Shown in pieces: positions 26,374 to 34,259 of a stretch of 38,952 nt of DNA. Both the position numbers and the translations under genes were made by a program. This DNA comes from Candidatus Staskawiczbacteria bacterium (GTDB taxonomy: Bacteria; Patescibacteriota; Minisyncoccia; Minisyncoccales; Staskawiczbacteraceae), in the NCBI GenBank assembly GCA_943354455.1, contig CALRCB010000001.1, positions 1 through 38,952 of the forward strand, given 5' to 3'. Every line of letters begins with the position of its first letter. Positions within the stretch are counted from its first letter, which is position 1. Under the pieces are notes generated by a model. That model saw only the letters and a program-made list of their open reading frames with translations, had not been told where the DNA came from and made no database searches.

Positions 26374-26449
26374 TATATGCAAAGCATATAAATAATCGTG
26401 CGGTCGGAATAATAAATTGTGATTTCTTATTCCTCTCTTACTCATATTT
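26374..26449 (+). repeat. Dispersed structured element, copy C (before tpiA)
   Basis: Shares cggtcggaataataaattgtgatttcttRttcctc with copy A and tatatgcaaagcatataaataatc with copy B. Confidence 0.85.
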
Positions 26450-27172
26450 ATGGAAAAATTAATTGTCGCTAATTGGAAATTAAATCCGATAACTTTTAAA
26501 GAAGCCAAAGATTTGTTTGGCGCGGTAAAAAAACATGCGAAAGTAAAAAATACCCAAGTGGTCATTTGTCCGCCGTTTGTGTATTTACCATTGTTAAAAG
26601 GTTTGAGTTTGGGATCGCAAAATATTTCTTCCGAACAAAAAGGGGCCTTTACCGGAGAAATTTCTGCTCTGCAACTTAAGGATTTGAATATTGAATACGT
26701 TATCATTGGACACTCTGAACGCCGAAAACATTTTAGTGAAACTAATGAAACGGTAAATAAAAAAATAAAAATGGCATTGGAAGCAGGCTTGAAGGTTATT
26801 TTTTGCATTGGTGAAAACGAGGGAGAAGAAAAAAATACCATTTTGCAAAATCAAATTACCAAAGGGCTGGCCGATGTGTTGCCAGCGCAGATGGAGCAAG
26901 TAGTTATTGCCTATGAACCGGTGTGGGCGATTGGCACGGGAAAAAATTGTTCAACCGAAGAAACTAAAAGTGCTGTGGAATCAATAAAAAATACGTTAAT
27001 AAGTCTATATGGCTCTCAAATTGCCGAAAATACCAGAATTTTATATGGGGGGAGTGTAAATAGTACTAATTCGGCTGAGTATTTAAAAAATGGGGAAGTA
27101 AATGGACTATTGATTGGTGGAGCTTCGCTGAAACCAGATGAATTTATCGCCATTGTAAAATCCACAGAATAA
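26450..27172 (+). CDS. tpiA: Triosephosphate isomerase
   Basis: NWK, GAFTGE, GHSERR, AYEPVWAIGTG, YGGSV, GGASL. Confidence 0.97.
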   Translation: MEKLIVANWKLNPITFKEAKDLFGAVKKHAKVKNTQVVICPPFVYLPLLKGLSLGSQNISSEQKGAFTGEISALQLKDLNIEYVIIGHSERRKHFSETNETVNKKIKMALEAGLKVIFCIGENEGEEKNTILQNQITKGLADVLPAQMEQVVIAYEPVWAIGTGKNCSTEETKSAVESIKNTLISLYGSQIAENTRILYGGSVNSTNSAEYLKNGEVNGLLIGGASLKPDEFIAIVKSTE

Positions 27173-27215
27173 GTTTTTTGTTTGACTATTTTCCGGTTTG
27201 GCGTATATTCAAACT

Positions 27216-27746
27216 ATGGAAGGAAACATTAAAGATGGAACATTTTTTAGTCCCAGTAAGGGTGATATGACCTTTAGCGATTTGATAAAAGAGATTTTTG
27301 ATTACATTTCGGCCAAGCCGGAATTTTTTTATGATATTGTGGTGGGGTGTGATTCGCCGTCAACCGACAAACCATTTTTCCCGATTGCCATTGTAGTGCT
27401 GCGAACTGGCGCCGGTGGCAGGTTTTTCTTAAAAAAAATGCATTACCCCGATGCTTATTTAAAACGTTTTATGCACATTAATTGGAAACAGCGCATTCTG
27501 CAGGAAGTGTATCTGTCTTGCGATCTGGCGTTATTATTGCGGGAAACGTTGGAAAAAGAATTCGGTCAAGCTCGCCCTAACTTTAATTACCAATTTGCCT
27601 ATATTCATGCTGATGTCGGAGAACAAGGAAAAACCAAAGAAATGGTAAAAGAGGTGATTGGATTAATCCGTGCCAATGGTTTTGAACCAAGAATCAAACC
27701 GGAATCTTTTGCCGCCTCGGTGGTTGCAGATAGATACACTAAATAG
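27216..27746 (+). CDS. RNase H-like YkuK (DUF458) family protein
   Basis: VGCDS, G.GGRFF, RI..E...S, IHADVG..GKT, IKP.S.AAS.VADR; ATG 27216 preferred. Confidence 0.85.
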   Translation: MEGNIKDGTFFSPSKGDMTFSDLIKEIFDYISAKPEFFYDIVVGCDSPSTDKPFFPIAIVVLRTGAGGRFFLKKMHYPDAYLKRFMHINWKQRILQEVYLSCDLALLLRETLEKEFGQARPNFNYQFAYIHADVGEQGKTKEMVKEVIGLIRANGFEPRIKPESFAASVVADRYTK

Positions 27747-27774
27747 TCCTTTAACATAACAGGGAGGATTTGTA

Positions 27775-28113
27775 ATGCTCGCTAAACTGCCCGAAGACAA
27801 GGTGCTTTTTAGTCAAGCCCTGGAAACCGATAAAGAAAAGGTGCAAAAGCTTTGTGTCAACATTGAGATGATGTGTTGCGCCTATAGTAAAAATCAGCAC
27901 CGTCAGTTGATGTTGTATAAGCGCGAGAATGCATATGGCAGGCAAGAGGCGGGGATCGCCTATTTACCAGGACCCAAGTGTACGGCTTCCAAGCTTTTCG
28001 CAAGGGAAATGCTTAGGTTGTTTTCTAAAGATCCCAATTATTGTTTCGATTTTGCCGAAAAATACTATTTTGACTTGGTAAGTGCGAAGAATTATCTGAG
28101 TCCCCACAGTTAG
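27775..28113 (+). CDS. Hypothetical protein
   Basis: Strong SD AGGGAGGA; hairpin terminator at about 28122-28146. Confidence 0.6.
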   Translation: MLAKLPEDKVLFSQALETDKEKVQKLCVNIEMMCCAYSKNQHRQLMLYKRENAYGRQEAGIAYLPGPKCTASKLFAREMLRLFSKDPNYCFDFAEKYYFDLVSAKNYLSPHS

Positions 28114-28187
28114 GTCTTTGTAGGCGTCTTTTATTAGACGCTTTTTAATTATTTGCGAAAAGATATTTTGTAGTATAGAATAATATT

Positions 28188-29921
28188 ATGAAATCAAGTG
28201 AATTGCGCCAAAAATTCTTGCAATTTTTTGAAAAAAACGGACACGCGGTTATTCCGAGCACTTCTTTGATTCCCGATGAAGTCGGTTTAGATCAAAAAAC
28301 TCTTTTTATTACCGCTGGTATGCAACCGATGGTGCCATATTTAATGGGTAAAAAACATCCAGAAGGAAAAAGAATTGTTGATATTCAGAAATGTTTTAGA
28401 ACCGTTGATATCGATGAAGTTGGCGATGACACCCATCATACCTTTTTTGAAATGATGGGGAATTGGTCATTGGGTGACTATTGGAAAAAAGAATCCATTG
28501 GTTGGAGTTTTGAATTTTTAACCAAAGAACTTAATATTCCGCTTGAAAAATTGGCTGTTTCTTGTTTTGCTGGCGATGAAAATGCGCCAAAAGATGAAGA
28601 ATCGGCCAGAATTTGGGAGTCACTTGGAATACCTAAAGAACGAATTGCCTTTTTGCCAAAAGAAGATAATTGGTGGGGTCCTGTTGGAGCTTTCGGTCCC
28701 TGTGGACCGGATACAGAAATTTTTTATTGGAAAGCAAACGATATTCCTGTTACAAAGGGATTTGATCCACAAAATAAAAATTGGGTTGAGATTTGGAATA
28801 ATGTTTTTATGGAATATGTAAAAGATAGTAACGGAAATTATGTTTTAGCAGAACAAAAAAATGTAGATACGGGAATGGGTTTTGAAAGGACGCTTGCCAT
28901 TTTAAATGGTTATACAAATAATTACGGAACTGATCTTTTTGCTTCAATTATTTCGAAAATAAATGAAAATAGTAATTCGGACGATGAGGCGGGCAAAAGA
29001 ATTATTGCTGATCATATCCGCGCAACTGTATTTATGATTGCCGATGGTATTGAGCCATTGAATACTGGACGTGGATATTTATTGAGGCGCTTATTGCGCA
29101 GAGTGGCTTACTACTGTAATTCCATTGAATTAAAGAATATTTTCCTATCTGACTTGGCCGAAGTTGTAATTAGTATTTATGATGATGTTTATGCTCTTAA
29201 CGAAAGTAAGAAATTAATATTAGAGACTATTGAAAAAGAGGTTTCATTATTTAATAAAACCCTCGAGGCTGGTAAGAAAAAATGTGAGGAAGGAGAAGAT
29301 CCGTTTATTCTTTCCACTACATATGGTTTTCCCATAGAATTAACACGTGAAATAGCCAAAGAAAATGGAAGGACGATTGATATGCAAGATTTTGAACAAA
29401 AAATGAAGCAACACCAAGAACTTTCGCGCACCGCCTCGGCGGGAATGTTTAAGGGGGGATTGGCTGACCACGAGCCCGCCACGGTAAAATTACATACTGC
29501 GCACCATTTATTATTGTCTGCTTTGCAAGAGGTATTTGGCAAAGAGGTAAAGCAGCGGGGAAGTAATATTAATCAAGAACGGTTAAGGATTGATTTTTCG
29601 TTTGATAGAAAGTTAACCGATGAAGAAAAAAGCCATATTGAAATTATGGTAAATGAAAAAATACAGCAGGGATTAGACGTGGTAAAACGGGAAATGCCTT
29701 TGGAGGAGGCAGAGAAACTTGGTGCAGAGATGGAATTTGGTGTAAAATACGGTAATATGGTGTCTGTGTACTTCATTGAAGATAAAAAGGGAAACGTGGT
29801 AAGTAAAGAATTTTGCGGAGGCCCCCACGTAACTAATACATCAGAGTTAGGACACTTTAAAATTTTAAAAGAAGAAGCTTCTTCGCAAGGAGTACGAAGA
29901 ATTAAAGCAATTTTAGAATAA
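28188..29921 (+). CDS. alaS: Alanine--tRNA ligase (short form)
   Basis: LF..AGM, FFEM.GN.S.GDY, GPCGP, DTGMG.ER, TYGFP; editing motifs HTAHH and CGGPH; ends at GVRRIKA. Confidence 0.95.
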   Translation: MKSSELRQKFLQFFEKNGHAVIPSTSLIPDEVGLDQKTLFITAGMQPMVPYLMGKKHPEGKRIVDIQKCFRTVDIDEVGDDTHHTFFEMMGNWSLGDYWKKESIGWSFEFLTKELNIPLEKLAVSCFAGDENAPKDEESARIWESLGIPKERIAFLPKEDNWWGPVGAFGPCGPDTEIFYWKANDIPVTKGFDPQNKNWVEIWNNVFMEYVKDSNGNYVLAEQKNVDTGMGFERTLAILNGYTNNYGTDLFASIISKINENSNSDDEAGKRIIADHIRATVFMIADGIEPLNTGRGYLLRRLLRRVAYYCNSIELKNIFLSDLAEVVISIYDDVYALNESKKLILETIEKEVSLFNKTLEAGKKKCEEGEDPFILSTTYGFPIELTREIAKENGRTIDMQDFEQKMKQHQELSRTASAGMFKGGLADHEPATVKLHTAHHLLLSALQEVFGKEVKQRGSNINQERLRIDFSFDRKLTDEEKSHIEIMVNEKIQQGLDVVKREMPLEEAEKLGAEMEFGVKYGNMVSVYFIEDKKGNVVSKEFCGGPHVTNTSELGHFKILKEEASSQGVRRIKAILE

Positions 29922-29947
29922 AATACTATTAAAAGTTTTTATATTTC

Positions 29948-31240
29948 ATGCCAAAAAAAATGCACGATATTTTGTCTCCCAAGGCAAAGCGCAAAATAGA
30001 TAGCACTGTAAAGGAAATTGTTAAGGACTTATCGGTAGTTTCTAGGAAAAAAAGAACTGTGCACAAAAAAATCGTGCAAGAGTCGATTGTTAAAAAAGAA
30101 AAAAGTTTTCCATTAAAAGAAATAGTAATTGGGGGTGCGGTGGTAGTGCTTTTATTGGCCTGGTATGGAATTACAAAATTACCAAAAGCCGATATTCAAA
30201 TTTGGCCTAAAATCGATACATTAACCCTTTCCCAAAAAATTACGGCAGATAAATCAGTAACTGTCATAGATATATCCCGTGGAATTATTCCTGCAACCTA
30301 TGTGCAAGAGATTAAAGATGGTAAGCAAGAATTTTTGGCAACGGGAAGTGCATCTGATGACGGAAAAGCAACTGGATCTATTATAATTTATAATAAAAAT
30401 AATTCTGTTTTCACGTTGGTAAAAGGTACTCATTTTTTATCTGACTCAGGAAAATATTTTGTAACTCTCGCAAGAATTAGTATTCCGGCAATGTCAAAGA
30501 AAACTCCCGGATCGGCTTTGGCTCAAGTCCAGGCTAAGGAAGCCGGAGAATCATATAATATCGGTTCTTCTAAGTTTTCCGCACCAAAGCTATATGGCAC
30601 AGAGTATTATTATAGTATTTACGCGCAATCAGACAGTAATATGTCGGGCGGACAAACTGGAGAGGTAAAAAAAGTTACTGCTGACGATATCAAAGAAGCT
30701 AAAAATTCTTTGACAAAAAAAATATTGCAAGAAGCCAAGGATTCTTTACGGGCAAGGCTTTTGGCCGATGAGGTGTTATTAGAAGGTGCCATCCAAAATA
30801 CAGTAGTTAGTGATAGTGCAGATGTGGCGGCCGGAACTATTGTAGATAAATTTAATGAATCAGTTAGTGTAAAAATTTCTGCATTAGTGGTAAAAAAGCA
30901 TGATCTAGAAGTAGTAGTTAAAGATAATATTGTGTCCGAATTACCAAAGGTCAATAACTTTATTGAAAACAGCTTAGATATTAAGCCCATTCTTACATCG
31001 GTTGACTTTAAAGCTGGTAAAATGATACTTGATACCTCGTCTTCGGTTAAAACCTATTACAATATTAATAATAATGAATTGATAGATTTATTCCCAGCAA
31101 AGTCTGGCGACCAAATAAAACAGGTGATTGATCAACTACACGAAGGCCAGATCTCTGAATTGAAAATTAATTTCTGGCCATTTTGGGTTCACCGGGCTCC
31201 AGATAATAAAAATAGAATAAAAATAAATTTAAATTTCTAA
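29948..31240 (+). CDS. Single-TM protein with a probable baseplate J/gp47-like domain
   Basis: TM near aa 57-75; ATG....KATG.I.IYN, L..GT.F, V.A...GESYNI, MSGG...V...D pattern. Family call is from memory of similar proteins. Confidence 0.55.
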   Translation: MPKKMHDILSPKAKRKIDSTVKEIVKDLSVVSRKKRTVHKKIVQESIVKKEKSFPLKEIVIGGAVVVLLLAWYGITKLPKADIQIWPKIDTLTLSQKITADKSVTVIDISRGIIPATYVQEIKDGKQEFLATGSASDDGKATGSIIIYNKNNSVFTLVKGTHFLSDSGKYFVTLARISIPAMSKKTPGSALAQVQAKEAGESYNIGSSKFSAPKLYGTEYYYSIYAQSDSNMSGGQTGEVKKVTADDIKEAKNSLTKKILQEAKDSLRARLLADEVLLEGAIQNTVVSDSADVAAGTIVDKFNESVSVKISALVVKKHDLEVVVKDNIVSELPKVNNFIENSLDIKPILTSVDFKAGKMILDTSSSVKTYYNINNNELIDLFPAKSGDQIKQVIDQLHEGQISELKINFWPFWVHRAPDNKNRIKINLNF

Positions 31241-31914
31241 TGAAATTATTATTATTAAGACATTTAAAATCCCAGTGGAATAAAGATGATCGTTTTGCTG
31301 GTTGGGTTGACAATCCATTGTCCGACGAAGGCAGGCTACAGGCCAAAGGAATTTTTGAACAATTAAAAAATCAGAAAATCGATGTGGCTTATTGTAATGC
31401 GTTAATCCGATGCACAGAAACAGTGCTGCGTATATTTGAAGATATTCCCGGAAAATATCCGTTATTTTTACATATTGATGGCGGAAAAATGCAAAAATGG
31501 GGTAATTTTGAGGGCACGGACATGGGAGAAATTCCTTTTTATGTAACAGAAAAATTAAATGAACGCTATTATGGAAGTATTCAGGGATTAAATAAGGCAA
31601 AAACTAAGGAAAAGCATGGAGAGGTATTGGTGCAGGAATGGAGAAGATCGTTTAATGGTAAGCCAGCGGGCGGAGAATCTTTAAAAGATGTGTGCAAAAG
31701 GGTCGATTCATTTTTTAAAAAATATATCGAAAAAGATTTAAAGCAAAATAAAAATATTTTAGTGGTGGCCAGCCACAATAGCTTGAGGGCAATGGTAAAA
31801 TATATTGAAAACATACCAGATGAAGATATTGTAAATTTGGAACTACCCTTTGGTGCTTTGGTGGAATATGAATATAGTGATGGAAAATTTATGAATTTGC
31901 ATTTTAAAAAATAA
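31240..31914 (+). CDS. gpmA: 2,3-BPG-dependent phosphoglycerate mutase (histidine phosphatase family)
   Basis: LLRH..S.WN...RF.GW.D..L, LNER.YG...GLNK, WRRS, GESL, SHNSLRA. Confidence 0.88.
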   Translation: MKLLLLRHLKSQWNKDDRFAGWVDNPLSDEGRLQAKGIFEQLKNQKIDVAYCNALIRCTETVLRIFEDIPGKYPLFLHIDGGKMQKWGNFEGTDMGEIPFYVTEKLNERYYGSIQGLNKAKTKEKHGEVLVQEWRRSFNGKPAGGESLKDVCKRVDSFFKKYIEKDLKQNKNILVVASHNSLRAMVKYIENIPDEDIVNLELPFGALVEYEYSDGKFMNLHFKK

Positions 31915-31948
31915 TAAGATATAAATAATTAATAAAAAAAATAACATT

Positions 31949-33001
31949 ATGTATAAACGTATGATCAGTAAATTAAGTAAGTTAAATAAAAATACGGTAT
32001 TAATAGTTGTTGCCGTGATTGCTATTTTAGTGACAGGAGTTTTTGTTTCTAATAAGCCTCTTTCTTCTCAGGTCATATCATTTTTTAAGGTTGGGGGGTC
32101 CCGCGACGCTATTGCTAAAAAATCCGTAGATTATTTAAATAGCAGCGTCTTAAAAGATGGCCAGACTGCCATTATAAAAAGCGTTTCAGAAGAGAGTGGT
32201 TTAGTAAAACTTGAAATTCAAATAGGCAATAGTAATTATACTAGTTATGCTACTAAAGACGGCAAACTATTATTTCCCGAAGCATTTACCATGGGCACCG
32301 CAAAGAATTCTCCAACAGCTTCAAGTACTCCAGATGCCACTGCCGGTGCATCAATAACTCCCGCCAATGTAGAAAAAGTAGATAAAACATCTCTTGAGGC
32401 ATATGTCGTGAGCAGATGTCCTTTTGGACTTCAAATGCAAAGGGCCATGGCGGAGGCCGTAAAAAACAGTCCAGCTTTGGCAGACTACGTTAAAGTAAGA
32501 TATATTGGATCAATTTCTGGAAATACAACTATCGCTATGCATGGTCCCGAAGAGGCTGCGGAAGATCGCAGGCAAATATGCTTACGAGAAGAACAGCCCG
32601 TTAAATACTGGCCTTATGTCGCTTGTCAAATGAAAAGCAAGGATGCGGCCGATGGGTGTTTATCGTCAGTGGGCGTTAATGTAAATAAGTTAAATTCATG
32701 CTTATCAGATAAGGTATTGACATACGCAAAAGTAGATTTTGATTTAAATGCTAAATACGATGTATCGGGTTCTCCAACAATGATTTTAAATGGTAAAGAG
32801 GTTTCAGAAACTCCTTTTGGAGGTAGATCTGCAGATGCTATAAGAAATTTGGTATGCTCTTCATTAACTACCGCTCCAGCTTTTTGTGAAAAAAAGTTAG
32901 ATACGGCTCCTGCAGCAGCTTCTTTCTCATTGACATTAACAACTCCAACTGGTGGAGCCATAGCAAGTGCTAATACTGCTTGTGCACCAGCAGTACAGTA
33001 A
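31949..33001 (+). CDS. Exported Cys-rich thioredoxin/DsbA-fold protein
   Basis: N-terminal TM/signal, Y.TKDGK.LF (DsbC-like N-domain), SRCPFG and GSPT...NG motifs. Confidence 0.65.
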   Translation: MYKRMISKLSKLNKNTVLIVVAVIAILVTGVFVSNKPLSSQVISFFKVGGSRDAIAKKSVDYLNSSVLKDGQTAIIKSVSEESGLVKLEIQIGNSNYTSYATKDGKLLFPEAFTMGTAKNSPTASSTPDATAGASITPANVEKVDKTSLEAYVVSRCPFGLQMQRAMAEAVKNSPALADYVKVRYIGSISGNTTIAMHGPEEAAEDRRQICLREEQPVKYWPYVACQMKSKDAADGCLSSVGVNVNKLNSCLSDKVLTYAKVDFDLNAKYDVSGSPTMILNGKEVSETPFGGRSADAIRNLVCSSLTTAPAFCEKKLDTAPAAASFSLTLTTPTGGAIASANTACAPAVQ

Positions 33002-33007
33002 ATAACG

Positions 33008-33241
33008 ATGATTACTATTTATTCAACTCCAACTTGTGTGTACTGCAATAATGTAAAAGAGTACCTTACTAAAAATAATATTCAGTATCAAGAAATTGAT
33101 GTTTCTTTAGATGAAAAGGAATTAGAAAAAATGGTTGCTATTTCTGGCCAAATGGGGGTTCCGGTAATTGATATTGATGGGGATGTGGTAGTTGGTTTTG
33201 ATAAAGAAAAAATAGACGAATTACTGAAATTAAAACCGTAA
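33008..33241 (+). CDS. Glutaredoxin-like NrdH-redoxin
   Basis: IYSTPTCVYC, SGQMGVPV, VGFD. Confidence 0.92.
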   Translation: MITIYSTPTCVYCNNVKEYLTKNNIQYQEIDVSLDEKELEKMVAISGQMGVPVIDIDGDVVVGFDKEKIDELLKLKP

Positions 33242-33246
33242 AATAT

Positions 33247-34254
33247 ATGACAAAAATTGCTATTAATGGATTTGGTCGCATTGGCCGGCAAACATTTAAA
33301 AGGATATTAGAAACACATCCTGATTTAGAAGTGGTGGCGATTAACGATTTAACCGACACTAAAACATTAGCTCATTTATTGAAATATGATTCTAGTTATG
33401 GAATTTTAAATAAAGAAGTGAGTTTTGATGAAAGAAACATAATTGTTGATAGTAAAAAATATAAAGTATTGGCAGAAAAAAACCCAGAAAATCTGCCATG
33501 GAAAGATTTGGAGGTAGATATTGTGCTTGAATGCACAGGGTTATTTAACGATAAAGAAAGTGCGCAAAAGCACATTACTGCTGGCGCAAAAAAGGTGATT
33601 CTATCAGGCCCCGCCAAAGAGAAAGAAGTTCCCGGATTTATTTTGGGCGTAAATTCTGATGAATTTGATATTAGTAAGACCGATATTATGGATATGGGTT
33701 CTTGTACTACTAATTGTTTGGCACCGGTGGCAAAAATATTGAATGATAATTTCAAAATTGTAAAAGGATTTATGACCACGGTGCATAGCTATACTAATGA
33801 TCAACGAATTCTTGATTTACCTCATAAAGATTTGCGAAGAGCTCGGGCAGCCGCCGTTAATATGATTCCAAGTAGCACGGGAGCCGCCAAAGCCATTGGT
33901 AAAATGATTCCTGATTTGCAGGGAAAGTTAGATGGAATATCAATTCGAGTGCCAACCGCAGCGGTTTCTGTTTTGGATTTAACCGTAGAGGTTGAAAATG
34001 CCACCGATAAAGAATCGGTAAATAACGCCTTTAAAAAAGCTGAAAAACAAGAGAGTCTTGAAGGTATTTTCCGGGTTGAAACCAATGAATTAGTTTCATC
34101 TGATTTTAAGGGAGATTCTTATTCTTCTATCATTGATGAAAGCCAGACCATGGTAAATGGAAATATGGTAAAAGTGCTGGCGTGGTATGATAACGAATGG
34201 GGATTTAGTTGTAGATTAGCCCAATTTGCCGAATTCGTAGGAAAGAAATTGTAA
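33247..34254 (+). CDS. gapA: Glyceraldehyde-3-phosphate dehydrogenase type I
   Basis: INGFGRIGR, SCTTNCLAP, STGAAKA, WYDNEWG. Confidence 0.97.
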   Translation: MTKIAINGFGRIGRQTFKRILETHPDLEVVAINDLTDTKTLAHLLKYDSSYGILNKEVSFDERNIIVDSKKYKVLAEKNPENLPWKDLEVDIVLECTGLFNDKESAQKHITAGAKKVILSGPAKEKEVPGFILGVNSDEFDISKTDIMDMGSCTTNCLAPVAKILNDNFKIVKGFMTTVHSYTNDQRILDLPHKDLRRARAAAVNMIPSSTGAAKAIGKMIPDLQGKLDGISIRVPTAAVSVLDLTVEVENATDKESVNNAFKKAEKQESLEGIFRVETNELVSSDFKGDSYSSIIDESQTMVNGNMVKVLAWYDNEWGFSCRLAQFAEFVGKKL

Positions 34255-34259
34255 AAATT

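Noticed and set aside
15103..26449. CRISPR array interpretation of the repeats
   Set aside because: Copies are kilobases apart, not regularly spaced, and no cas genes are present.
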